64,000 bases of DNA from Bacteroidota bacterium (GCA_018268195.1 JAFDWZ010000002.1:11791-75790), one strand, 5' to 3'. Counted from the first letter of the stretch, positions 30,076 to 39,172 are shown. The notes: generated from the sequence alone by a model not told the origin. Numbers and translations are program-made.

Positions 30076-30335
30076 TTTGTTTATTGGCTTTCATTTAAGT
30101 TTCAATACAAACGCGCGAAATTAATGCTTTTGTGCCTTCATGGATAGGCAAAAGCAATTAATAATCAATTATTCACATTAAAGGCAGTATGGAGATGAGC
30201 TTGCCGTAACCGGACAGGTTTACAATATGCTTCATTAGCCGGCAAAAGCCTAATGCGCTCATTGTCAGCCATTTTTAGTCCATAAAAAATGAAGGCAGTT
30301 TCTGTCTTTTTTCTTGGGTAGAATGAAATAAATAT

Positions 30336-30343
30336 TATCTTTG
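30336..30343 (+). promoter_or_regulatory. -7 promoter box (TATCTTTG) upstream of rpmE
   Basis: Exact match to TAnnTTTG, 29 nt upstream of the ATG at 30372. Confidence 0.5.
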
Positions 30344-30371
30344 CAGCCCATTTGAAATAATTCTTTTTAAG

Positions 30372-30656
30372 ATGAAAAGTGAAATACATCCCAAAAACTA
30401 TAGGTTAGTAGTATTTAAAGATATCAGCTGCGACTATGCATTTCTGACGCGTTCATGTATAGAAACCAAGGACACCATTAAGTGGGAAGATGGAAATGAA
30501 TATCCATTGGTTAAACTTGAAATTTCCAATCAATCGCATCCGTTTTATACCGGTAAGATGAAACTTATTGATACAGCGGGACGTGTGGATAAATTCCGTA
30601 GCCGTGCTGCTAAGGCAACTACTACAAAGAAAGCTGCAAAACCTGCAGAAAAGTAA
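30372..30656 (+). CDS. rpmE: 50S ribosomal protein L31, type B (lacks the CxxC zinc ribbon)
   Basis: [15 protein letters not shown]...[24 protein letters not shown]. There is no CxxC pair before HPFYTG. Confidence 0.9.
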   Translation: MKSEIHPKNYRLVVFKDISCDYAFLTRSCIETKDTIKWEDGNEYPLVKLEISNQSHPFYTGKMKLIDTAGRVDKFRSRAAKATTTKKAAKPAEK

Positions 30657-30673
30657 AAATATCACAATCAGTG

Positions 30674-30712
30674 AAAAATCGCCCGATAATTTCGGGCGAT
30701 TTTTTTTTGCTC
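30674..30712. terminator. Bidirectional-type intrinsic terminator after rpmE
   Basis: AAAAATCGCCCGA-taatt-TCGGGCGATTTTT forms a 13-bp stem and is followed by a T-run. Confidence 0.8.
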
Positions 30713-30877
30713 AATAGGTATATTCTCTGCAGATGTTTTTTCGTAACTACCCATATTTTCTGAATTGCAGAGCGCTATGGAATGGAGTAAACGGAATCTA
30801 TTGTGGTTAATAAATACCAACTTTAAAGTGCGCAATTTCTGCAACCAATAATTACTTTTACTTCAAAACAGAAGAAT

Positions 30878-32854
30878 ATGAAAGCCTTGCTTATTTTATT
30901 CGCTTTGCTGATAACGGAAACTTTGTATGCCCAAAGAACCATTCCGCAGGAAAAAATTCAATCCATGTTGTCGCAATTGCATGAAATGAAAAAAAGTAAC
31001 TTTGAAGCTGCTGCCACTGTACAAAAAGAATCAGACTTCCGGAACAGCCCATTTCAGTTGCTCGATAAATATAACCAATTGCAGCAACCGCTTTCAGTTC
31101 AAAAATCAGGAGGAAATACAACCATGTCAGTTGATACCATAGTAGTTGGTGCAGTGCCCAATGATACATTGGTAATTTCAGGATTGTTTACCCACACAGG
31201 GTTAATATTTGTAATGAATGACGGTGTGTTGATTTTTAAAAATGCACAGGTAATTGATACCGGTGATGTTTATGTGGTAGGCAATGGAAAATTGTTTGCT
31301 GACTCAACGAATTTCTTTTTTCCGCAGGAATACATTTATCAACGCTCATTGATGTTTTTGCAGAACTCTGCTGCAATATTCAATCATTGTAATTTTAATT
31401 TCAGCGGAATGTCGCATAATCTTATACTTGGCGATTCGGCAAATGTGGTGATGAACAACATTCATCAGAATGATTTTACCACGTGTGGTTTATGGGGGCC
31501 ATCATCTTTGCATATCAATCAATGTAACCTCACCGGTGAGTATATTATGATGTCAGGGAGCCAGGCTTCGTTTACCAACTGTGATACCTTGCTGCTATGG
31601 TATAATTTCCCTGACAGTTCTGTTATTGATTACTCCTTTCCTCAAGGTGATACGGTTTATAATTATACATTCAATAATACTATTCCGGGTATTAACGGAA
31701 TAAATTATTCTGTAGAGGTGGACTCTTGTCATACGGTTTGGTGGGGCATCATGCCTGTCAATGGCTCTGATGTAACAATTTCCAATTCAAACCTAAGAAC
31801 AGTAGGAGTATGGTTTCAGAAAGGAGATACTGCTTTGGCACAGGGCATCTTTAATAATTCTAACTACATCAATTATGTAACACCTCTTTCCGATAGGAAT
31901 CTGCACCTTATCAATTCCTATGTGCAGACCTGGAGTTTATATGTATTTGACTCGTCACAAATAGTGATTGACAGTTGCCAATTAGGCGAAGTAGGTTGTC
32001 AGCAAAAATCATCAGCCATTACTTCTAATTTTCTGTTAGATGGAAGCGGAGGATATTTCTGGGCTACCGATACTTCATTCATTTTTGCTTCAGGGGTTAC
32101 AATTTACACCCTGCCCCGCAGCGAGCGCAATGGTATTTTTCTTCTTGCATACAGTTGGGTTCCGTTTTTAATGCCACAGGCAATCGGTCAAAGTGTGATG
32201 ATATGTGTGCAGAACAATCTCAGCCAAGACCCCATACCGTTTGATGGTGCTGTTGCTTGGTTGCAAAATATTGCATCGCCTGATACGGCCTTAGTTCAGT
32301 CTGTTGCTGCTATTACCGGTGATGCATGGATTGATCAAGGGCCGGCAGGCAGTTGGATGGATTTTCAAAGTTATAGTGTTTCTTATCAGTTGATGGGCGA
32401 TACTATTTGGCATAATATTGTTGCCGACTCATTAAACGAAGTGCGGCACAGTAACCTTGCACTGTGGAATACCAATGGATTAGCAGCAGGAGATTATATG
32501 TTGCGTCTTGTAATAAAAAATAATCTGGGCGACAGCATTGAGGCAAAGAAGCCTATATATCTTCGTTTGTCACCGGTTGCAGTGAGCGAACTTGCCAATA
32601 ACTATCAGGTTCGTGTTTTTCCAAACCCTACTGTATCGGTTATAAATTTTGAAATCAATACAGTTTCTGCTGAGAAAAATCTGAAAGAAATTTCCATCAA
32701 AAACATTCTTGGCAAAACAGTTTTTGAAGCAAAAAATATTGCTGTGGTAAATCATAAAGTAACATTAAACCACTCCTATGTGCCGGGAGTTTATTTCTAT
32801 CAATTGAAAATTGATAACGAAATCGTAAACGGAAAATTTCTTGTGGCAAAGTAA
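30878..32854 (+). CDS. Secreted protein with a T9SS C-terminal sorting domain (cargo)
   Basis: Signal peptide and a repetitive Asn/Ser-rich body. The C-terminal ~80 aa, VRVFPNPTVSVINFEI...GVYFYQLKIDNEIVNGKFLVAK, match the T9SS type A CTD pattern. Confidence 0.8.
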   Translation: MKALLILFALLITETLYAQRTIPQEKIQSMLSQLHEMKKSNFEAAATVQKESDFRNSPFQLLDKYNQLQQPLSVQKSGGNTTMSVDTIVVGAVPNDTLVISGLFTHTGLIFVMNDGVLIFKNAQVIDTGDVYVVGNGKLFADSTNFFFPQEYIYQRSLMFLQNSAAIFNHCNFNFSGMSHNLILGDSANVVMNNIHQNDFTTCGLWGPSSLHINQCNLTGEYIMMSGSQASFTNCDTLLLWYNFPDSSVIDYSFPQGDTVYNYTFNNTIPGINGINYSVEVDSCHTVWWGIMPVNGSDVTISNSNLRTVGVWFQKGDTALAQGIFNNSNYINYVTPLSDRNLHLINSYVQTWSLYVFDSSQIVIDSCQLGEVGCQQKSSAITSNFLLDGSGGYFWATDTSFIFASGVTIYTLPRSERNGIFLLAYSWVPFLMPQAIGQSVMICVQNNLSQDPIPFDGAVAWLQNIASPDTALVQSVAAITGDAWIDQGPAGSWMDFQSYSVSYQLMGDTIWHNIVADSLNEVRHSNLALWNTNGLAAGDYMLRLVIKNNLGDSIEAKKPIYLRLSPVAVSELANNYQVRVFPNPTVSVINFEINTVSAEKNLKEISIKNILGKTVFEAKNIAVVNHKVTLNHSYVPGVYFYQLKIDNEIVNGKFLVAK

Positions 32855-32937
32855 TTTAAGGTCTGCTTTGGAATTACATTCACATCACGAAGCCTCAGAT
32901 GGTTTTCATGTAATTTTCTTTAGTAAGAAGGTCTAAA

Positions 32938-32975
32938 ACAATAATCGCCCGAAAATTTTCGGGCGATTATTGTTT
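32938..32975. terminator. Bidirectional terminator between convergent genes (38-nt perfect palindrome)
   Basis: AACAATAATCGCCCGAAAA|TTTTCGGGCGATTATTGTT has 19-nt perfect arms and T-rich flanks on both strands. Confidence 0.8.
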
Positions 32976-32986
32976 TCTTACTGAAG

Positions 32987-34579
32987 TTATTTTTTCTGAT
33001 TCAGTCCTTCCATTACCTGCTTGGCCTGTTTATCGTCAGGAGCGAGGTCAAGTACTTTTCTCCAGTAACTTTTACTTAGTTCGGTGTTTTTATCTATCAG
33101 ATAGTAATAACCACCGAGGTATTTATACGATTCAATGAGTCCACTCTTATATTTATCAAGGTTGGCCGAGTCGGCTAATGCAACGTTGACATATTGCTCA
33201 TAATATGGTTTTGCTTTTCCGAGCTTTGAGTCAGGATCCAACTGTGCGTTGGTTTGTGCACGCCATAAAATTCCATTGGGCCAGGTAGGCAACAGTTCCA
33301 CAACTTTTGCAAACATTGTATCGGCATTGTTGAAGTCTTTGTTGAAGTAATATGCTCTTGCCAGATTGAAATAGTCGGTTGATTTTAATCCTTTACCATT
33401 ATCTACTCTGCGGGCGTAAGCACTTACTGCTTCAGGAAATTTCTTCAGCTTCATATACATACCGCCAAGGTCTGAAAGCACATCAGCACGGGTAGTATCC
33501 ATCTGATACGATTTTTCAAAACTCTCTGCCGCCAGTGAGTCATTACCTTCTTTCAGCAGTATTTTTCCATTGTACTCATAATCCATGGTAGTACGCTGAT
33601 TTTCTATTGTGCTTTTAAACACTTTATCCATTAGCATTTTAGCTTTCGGAAGGTCATCGGTTTCATAAGCCGTATAAGCAGAAAGCCTCAGCATACCAAT
33701 GTTGGAAGAATCTAATTTTGAAATCTGATTTATCTCAGTCTGTGCATCAGCATAGTCGCCACTCATAAACAAGAAAGAAGCATAACGCATTCTGGCAGTA
33801 GTGTTATTTTTACTCAGCTCCAGATATTTTTTATAAGCAGTTTTTGCATCGTCTAATTTCCGCATTTTAAAATCAGCTTCGGCAAGTTCGCGATAAGCAG
33901 GAGCATAGTCAGGGTTCATTTTTATTGCATTATGAAACTCTGCCGCTGCACCCTCATAGTTGGTCGAACGTTTATAAAGCTGCCCTTTTCGCACAATGGC
34001 TTTTACTGAAGTTTTATCCAGGTCTAACGCTTTGTTGTAATTTTCAGCAGCCAGCGTACCATTGTTTTGTTCCGCATAAGCATCGCCTAAGTCAATGTAT
34101 AGTTCTGGATTTTTCTTATCCACGGCAATGGCATTGTTCAGCAATTTAATGGCATAAGCTAAATCCTTGTTGGTGGTGTGAATAAAACTTTCAGCAACCT
34201 TGCTTTGTGTAAAGGACGTCTTGGCACCCGACATGGTAAGTGCTTTATCAAAATCTTTACGTGCATCAGCATTAAAGCCTTTTTCTAGTTTTACTTTTCC
34301 TATTCCAACGTAGTTGATAGGATTGTTAGGTTCCACTTGCAAACCTTTTTCATAAGCATATTTTGCTGAGTCCTGTTTGTCACTCCTCCAATAGTTTTCT
34401 CCAAGATAAAACCAGTAAGTTCCATTGTTAGGTTCACTTTGTAACAGACTTTTATAAGCATCCTGTGCAAATTCATATTGCTCATTATCTGTAAGTGTGA
34501 GCGCATCTTTAATGGTCTGTGATTGTGCAGTCATGAAAATTAATCCTGCTGCGCCAAGTAAAATCAACTTTTTATTCAT
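32987..34579 (-). CDS. Secreted tetratricopeptide-repeat (TPR) protein, last gene of the Ton-like operon
   Basis: Signal peptide and many TPR-like repeats (A..Y.KAL...P.N pattern throughout). Confidence 0.8.
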   Translation of the reverse strand: MNKKLILLGAAGLIFMTAQSQTIKDALTLTDNEQYEFAQDAYKSLLQSEPNNGTYWFYLGENYWRSDKQDSAKYAYEKGLQVEPNNPINYVGIGKVKLEKGFNADARKDFDKALTMSGAKTSFTQSKVAESFIHTTNKDLAYAIKLLNNAIAVDKKNPELYIDLGDAYAEQNNGTLAAENYNKALDLDKTSVKAIVRKGQLYKRSTNYEGAAAEFHNAIKMNPDYAPAYRELAEADFKMRKLDDAKTAYKKYLELSKNNTTARMRYASFLFMSGDYADAQTEINQISKLDSSNIGMLRLSAYTAYETDDLPKAKMLMDKVFKSTIENQRTTMDYEYNGKILLKEGNDSLAAESFEKSYQMDTTRADVLSDLGGMYMKLKKFPEAVSAYARRVDNGKGLKSTDYFNLARAYYFNKDFNNADTMFAKVVELLPTWPNGILWRAQTNAQLDPDSKLGKAKPYYEQYVNVALADSANLDKYKSGLIESYKYLGGYYYLIDKNTELSKSYWRKVLDLAPDDKQAKQVMEGLNQKK

Positions 34580-34605
34580 CTCTTATAAATTCTCAATATA
34601 AATTA

Positions 34606-35562
34606 TCAGTTTCCTGTTTTAACTATTCTTACCGGCATGGTAGCAGGCAGTAATCCTTTCAGTCGTACCAATCGCTGCCCCTGATCGCCTGCCACAAATG
34701 AAGCAAAGCCGGTGCCAAGTCCGTTTCTCGACTGGCGGTTAATCAAAAATACATCTCTCGTTAGCGGATATTGTTTCAAAGCAATATATGCCTGAAAAGG
34801 TTTGTAGTATTCCGTATATTCAGTTGACTCTTCGTTTTTTACCGACATCACTCTGATATCATTTAAAAACGACATTGCTGTAGTATCATTACTGTCGCTG
34901 ATCCAACCTACTCCTATGATTCCGATGGCATTGGGTTTATTTTTTACATATTCCATCACTTCTTTATTTGATTGAAGTGCAAAACAGTTGGCAGGAAATT
35001 CAGCCGAAGAAAGAAATTTTTCTTTGAGATATCGCACATTACTCGAACCGGAACGGTCGAAAACTATTGCTATATCACCACTTTTATTTTCCTGATTCAG
35101 TTGATTCCATTGAGTGATTTTGCCCAGGAAAATTTCCTGAAGTTGTTTCATGGTGATTAACGAATCAGGATTATTTCGCCCTGTTATTAGTGCCAGCGCA
35201 TCAATAGCAATTTTTACTGATCGTGCCAATACTTTTTTCTCTTTGAAGTAAGCTTCCTGTTCGGGAGTAATTTCTTTTCCTGAAATAATCACTTTTACTG
35301 AATCATTCATCAGGTCGTTAATTGCTTCTGTTTCGGTTTTGTAATACAAATTGATTTTTGCATTGTTGTACAAAGCCATAAAAGTGGAAGCTTCTGCATT
35401 CATCAGTGGAGCAAAACTTTCATCGGCACTTACATTCAGATTGCCGGATGTAGGAGTATCGCTCAAATCGGGCTTGAGGGCATCACCGCAACCATAGTTG
35501 AGAATAAGCAACACCACCGTTATCAATAAGTATTCTGATTTATGAAAGATATTATTCCTCAT
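34606..35562 (-). CDS. PstS-family substrate-binding-domain lipoprotein, with no pstCAB partners nearby
   Basis: Lipobox (LNYGCGD). The PBP-like fold sequence (NLNVSADESFAPLM...IAIVFDRSGSSNVRYLKEKFL...IGIIGVGWI) resembles PstS-like proteins annotated in Bacteroidota Ton clusters. Confidence 0.7.
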   Translation of the reverse strand: MRNNIFHKSEYLLITVVLLILNYGCGDALKPDLSDTPTSGNLNVSADESFAPLMNAEASTFMALYNNAKINLYYKTETEAINDLMNDSVKVIISGKEITPEQEAYFKEKKVLARSVKIAIDALALITGRNNPDSLITMKQLQEIFLGKITQWNQLNQENKSGDIAIVFDRSGSSNVRYLKEKFLSSAEFPANCFALQSNKEVMEYVKNKPNAIGIIGVGWISDSNDTTAMSFLNDIRVMSVKNEESTEYTEYYKPFQAYIALKQYPLTRDVFLINRQSRNGLGTGFASFVAGDQGQRLVRLKGLLPATMPVRIVKTGN

Positions 35563-35749
35563 GTTGTGCCTTTCTCTTTTTGTATAAAGTTACTGCTCTG
35601 AAAACAGCATAAACCATTAAAACGCCTCCCAGCCATTTTTGCTGTGGTTGAGGAAGTAAATTTAATTGTTTTGCAAATATCAAAAAAATGCTCATGATAG
35701 CATAAACAGCAATCATGAGCATATTGAAATATAAATATATTTTGCTCAT
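35552..35749 (-). CDS. Small two-TM membrane protein (65 aa), hypothetical
   Basis: Two hydrophobic helices. Its stop overlaps the PstS-like start by 11 nt (CATGAGGAATAA), and its start is 18 nt after the tonB stop. Operon packing supports that it is real. Confidence 0.5.
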   Translation of the reverse strand: MSKIYLYFNMLMIAVYAIMSIFLIFAKQLNLLPQPQQKWLGGVLMVYAVFRAVTLYKKRKAQHEE

Positions 35750-35767
35750 CAGCTAATGAGCATATTT

Positions 35768-36574
35768 TTATTGCAGCTTAAAGTTAACAGGAAGGTTGTA
35801 TTGTACTGCCACAGCACGACCATTCTGTTTACCTGGTTTCCAGTCGGGCATTGAACGCACTACACGTAATGCTTCCTCATCAAGCCCTGCACCTTTTCCG
35901 CGCAAAATCTTTGCATCTTTTACCTTGCCATCTTTATCTACCACGAAGGTTACATAAACAATACCTTCAATACCATTCTCACGTGCCATTGCAGGATATT
36001 TGATATTGCTTTGCAGATATTTAATCAATGCAGCTTCTCCACCTCCCGGAAACGAAGGCATTTCCTCTACGATGGTAAATATTTTGCCTTCATTAGGATC
36101 GGCAACAACAGGTTCCGGAGGCAACTCAGTAGCATTGGGGTCACCTTCCTGAGTAGTTACTCCAACATTGGTTTCTGATAATTTTTCCTGTGGTGGCGGT
36201 TGTTCTTCTTCAACCGGTTTGTCCACAACTACGGGTGGTGTAAACTTGATGGTTTGCACAACTGGCGGTGGTGGTGGTGGCGGTGGAGGAGGAGGTTCTG
36301 CAGGGTCAACAGGAGGTGGCTCGGTAAGTGTTACTTCAACTTCCTGCTGATGTACAGCTTCTGTGTTTTTGTTGCCCATAAGTTCCATAATCAATGGCAT
36401 ACTCACAAGCAATGCAATACCTACAGCAGCAACTATAAAAGCAAGGTTAACGCGCTTAGTATATAATTTTCGCAGAATGTAGGCGCCATATTCTTTGTTG
36501 CGTCCCTCAAATACAATCTCATTGCGCTCATTGTATGTAGGGTCGTCCCAGTCTATTAAAAAATTATTTGCCAT
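35768..36574 (-). CDS. tonB: Energy transducer TonB
   Basis: N-terminal TM anchor, Pro-rich spacer (EPPPVDPAEPPPPPPPPPPP) and a C-terminal TonB domain (GIEGIVYVTFVVDKDGKVKDAKILRGKGAGLDEEALRVVRSMPDWKPGKQNGRAV). Confidence 0.9.
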   Translation of the reverse strand: MANNFLIDWDDPTYNERNEIVFEGRNKEYGAYILRKLYTKRVNLAFIVAAVGIALLVSMPLIMELMGNKNTEAVHQQEVEVTLTEPPPVDPAEPPPPPPPPPPPVVQTIKFTPPVVVDKPVEEEQPPPQEKLSETNVGVTTQEGDPNATELPPEPVVADPNEGKIFTIVEEMPSFPGGGEAALIKYLQSNIKYPAMARENGIEGIVYVTFVVDKDGKVKDAKILRGKGAGLDEEALRVVRSMPDWKPGKQNGRAVAVQYNLPVNFKLQ

Positions 36575-36575
36575 G

Positions 36576-37181
36576 TTAATTCGCCTTTTGAATTAAGTCA
36601 TATTCGTCCTTCATGAGATCTACGATTGCATATTTTCCTACGCTCGCAATACTCAATTCGTCAAGTATGTCAATCACATTTCGGTATTTCGCCTTGTCAT
36701 CGGTTTTAATAAGTACCATAAGTGCACTTTTCTGTGATTTGGCATCTACCGCCAACCGTTTGAAAGTAGAATCAGCAATTTGACGTTTTGCCAACTGGTC
36801 TTCCAGTTTCATCACTTCCTGATGTGCAACGGCATTTTTATCTAATAAAATTTTGCGGATTCCATTATCTGAAAAATCAGTTTTTATGAGTTGTGTTTCT
36901 CCGGGTTTAAATTCACCATAGTACCAAAACACACGGTCTTTATCACTCAGCAGAACGGTAATTGCATTATTTACCTTTGTGGGATCTCCGTCTTTTACCG
37001 GCATGTTAATCTCAATCGTTTTCGGCTTACTGAATGTTGTGGTAAGCATAAAAAAGGTGAGCAGCAAAAATGCCAGATCCACCATCGGGGTCATATCTAT
37101 GTGGGTAGATGCTTTCTTGGCGCGCACTTTACCGTGCTTGCCACCTTTGCCACCACCCTGGTCTGTATTTACTTCAGCCAT
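36576..37181 (-). CDS. exbD: ExbD/TolR-family protein (second copy)
   Basis: Signature IDMTPMVDLAFLLLTFFMLTTTF with a single TM helix and a periplasmic domain. Confidence 0.9.
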   Translation of the reverse strand: MAEVNTDQGGGKGGKHGKVRAKKASTHIDMTPMVDLAFLLLTFFMLTTTFSKPKTIEINMPVKDGDPTKVNNAITVLLSDKDRVFWYYGEFKPGETQLIKTDFSDNGIRKILLDKNAVAHQEVMKLEDQLAKRQIADSTFKRLAVDAKSQKSALMVLIKTDDKAKYRNVIDILDELSIASVGKYAIVDLMKDEYDLIQKAN

Positions 37182-37193
37182 TTCCTTTTTGTT

Positions 37194-37841
37194 TTATTCT
37201 GTTGTTGGAGTTGCCTGTAAATTTGTAATCAGATTAAAACGGTTGACTTTATTTTGTTGAAATATTTCAATTATCCGTTTAATGTAGGTGTAATCAACTC
37301 CGCCATCACCTTTAATGGCAAAACGTAACTCATTTCCTGATTCTTTTTTCTTAGCATATGCATCATCGGAAATGGCAGCCGTCCATCCATAAACTATCCA
37401 GTCGGCAAGTTGATTGTTGAGCGTATCAATAGGAATTCCTCCTGTAGCTTTATCCATTTTTTTACGTTCGGATTCAGGAGCATCGAGGTAAGCCTTCAGT
37501 TTTTCTGCAGGCATTCCTATGGTTGACATCAAGGCGAATTTTTTCAGTTCATCTTCCGTAAACTGAATTTTATATTTTTCACCTATACGTGTCAGCAGAT
37601 TCCTTCTTACACTTTGTCCGTCAATATTAAAAAATGCTCTTCCTGCGGAATCTACCGTAATTGTAAGTGCATTTTCAGGTAATATTTTTGACGATACCGA
37701 AGAAGGCATATCCACCACTACGGGTTCTTCCGGTCTGAATTTGGTGGTCAACATAAAGAATGTTACCAGCAAAAACGCCAGATCCACCATCGGGGTCATA
37801 TCGAGTGAAGGACTCTTCTTTGGAACTTTAATTTTTGGCAT
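37194..37841 (-). CDS. exbD: ExbD/TolR-family protein (first copy)
   Basis: Signature LDMTPMVDLAFLLVTFFMLTTKF, with an extended periplasmic domain. Confidence 0.9.
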   Translation of the reverse strand: MPKIKVPKKSPSLDMTPMVDLAFLLVTFFMLTTKFRPEEPVVVDMPSSVSSKILPENALTITVDSAGRAFFNIDGQSVRRNLLTRIGEKYKIQFTEDELKKFALMSTIGMPAEKLKAYLDAPESERKKMDKATGGIPIDTLNNQLADWIVYGWTAAISDDAYAKKKESGNELRFAIKGDGGVDYTYIKRIIEIFQQNKVNRFNLITNLQATPTTE

Positions 37842-37876
37842 TAGCGAATGCTTTTATTGTTCTTAACTTTTGAGAA

Positions 37877-38680
37877 TTACTTAGTGTTTGCAGTAAACGT
37901 TTGAACGATACTGTAACCTGCTTCGTCAATTCCGTAAGTCAGAGAATCAATTTTGTTGGTAAAGTAATTATAGCTAACGATAGCAATGGCCGATGTTCCG
38001 ATACCAAGCGCTGTATTGATAAGCGCTTCAGAAATACCTGTTGACAAAGCTACTGCATCAGGAGCACCTGCCTGCGCTAACGCAGCAAATGCACGAATCA
38101 TACCGATTACTGTTCCAAGCAGCCCCATCAACGTTGCGATAGATGCAATAGTGGAAATAATCATCAGATTTTTTGACAACATAGGCAACTCAAGAGTGGT
38201 TGCTTCTTCTAGTTCTTTTTGAATAGCTGCAATTTTACGCTCTTTGTCCAAAGCACCATCTTTCTCCATTTGACGGTAAGATTTCAGACCGGCTTTTACT
38301 ACATTGGCAATAGAACCTTTTTGTTTTTCACATTCTGCACTGGCAGCGTCAATATCGCCTTTCGCTAAATTACTGCGAAGCTTATTAATAAAACCATCTA
38401 CAGATCCTGAACCTTTGGAGCTGCTGATGGTGATAAAGCGCTCGATAGAAAATGTAATAACTACAATAAGTAAAGTCATAAGAATAGGCACGATAACTCC
38501 TCCCTTATGAATGGTACCCAAATAGTTGCTGGGGTTGTTAGCCGGATTGTTTTCTAAAAAGTTAGCCGGATTACCCAAAATAAATACGTAAATACCGATT
38601 GCAATTAATAAAGCAACAGGAATAACTATTGCTGCAAAGATGGACTTAAAGCCACCGCCTGATTTACCTGATGAACTCAT
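37877..38680 (-). CDS. exbB: MotA/TolQ/ExbB proton-channel protein
   Basis: Three TM helices and the conserved C-terminal block GLLGTVIGMIRAF...STGISEALINTALGIG. Confidence 0.9.
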   Translation of the reverse strand: MSSSGKSGGGFKSIFAAIVIPVALLIAIGIYVFILGNPANFLENNPANNPSNYLGTIHKGGVIVPILMTLLIVVITFSIERFITISSSKGSGSVDGFINKLRSNLAKGDIDAASAECEKQKGSIANVVKAGLKSYRQMEKDGALDKERKIAAIQKELEEATTLELPMLSKNLMIISTIASIATLMGLLGTVIGMIRAFAALAQAGAPDAVALSTGISEALINTALGIGTSAIAIVSYNYFTNKIDSLTYGIDEAGYSIVQTFTANTK

Positions 38681-38860
38681 GTTCGTTTAAAATTTAAGTT
38701 TTAAATTTATTAGTAGTTATTTGATATTAATTTATTGTGTTTTCCATAAAAAACGGAGGGCAAGTATAAGAAAAACTCATTAATCCCCATCCTATCTGAT
38801 TTTTAATAACGTTGTTTTGTCAATTTAGTGTATAAAATATGTTTATTGGAATTGAATTAC

Positions 38861-39043
38861 TTAATTTTCAGGCATTACTATTGCTAAAACTATGTACAGT
38901 AGCAAGCCGGTGCCAAAACCTAACAATGCAATTAAAAAAATAATCCGTACCAAGGTCGGGTCAGTGTCGAAATAATTTGCAAGACCACTGCATACGCCAA
39001 AAATCTTTTTCTCACCTTTGACTAATCGTCTTGTACTACCCAT
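38861..39043 (-). CDS. PspC-domain small membrane protein
   Basis: KKIFGVCSGLANYFDTDPTLVRIIFLIALLGFGTGLLLYIVLAIVMPE matches the PspC domain. Confidence 0.8.
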   Translation of the reverse strand: MGSTRRLVKGEKKIFGVCSGLANYFDTDPTLVRIIFLIALLGFGTGLLLYIVLAIVMPEN

Positions 39044-39075
39044 ATTTAATGAATTGGTTTTAATATCTCAGCGGT

Positions 39076-39083
39076 CAAAAATA
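39076..39083 (-). promoter_or_regulatory. -7 promoter box (TATTTTTG on the minus strand) for the pspC-domain gene
   Basis: The plus strand reads CAAAAATA, 33 nt upstream of the ATG at 39043. Confidence 0.4.
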
Positions 39084-39111
39084 GATATTTGAATTAATAT
39101 TGCAAATATCT
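39083..39111. promoter_or_regulatory. 9-bp perfect inverted repeat (candidate operator) in the divergent pspC/hmgA promoter region
   Basis: AGATATTTG-N11-CAAATATCT, abutting the pspC -7 box and ~60 nt upstream of the hmgA -7 box. Confidence 0.3.
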
Positions 39112-39172
39112 GAATGTGGATTATTCGTTTCCTATTAATATTACTTCATGATGATTTCAATGAAAATTAAAC

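Noticed and set aside
30292-30312. A hairpin with a T-run (AAGGCAG-ttt-CTGTCTT-TTTTT) on the plus strand just upstream of the rpmE promoter, where there is no upstream plus-strand gene.
   Set aside because: The stem is only 7 bp and includes a G-T pair. I found no TAnnTTTG box upstream that would define a small transcript ending here. The nearby repeated 9-mer GGCAAAAGC (30148 and 30241) is too short to be meaningful.
30372-30656. A type-B (zinc-independent) L31, which in other phyla marks a Zur-regulated alternative ribosomal protein.
   Set aside because: It has a strong consensus housekeeping-type -7 box and a strong terminator, and I saw no Zur-box-like palindrome. As far as I recall, Bacteroidota commonly carry type-B L31 as the sole copy, so this is probably the primary rpmE.
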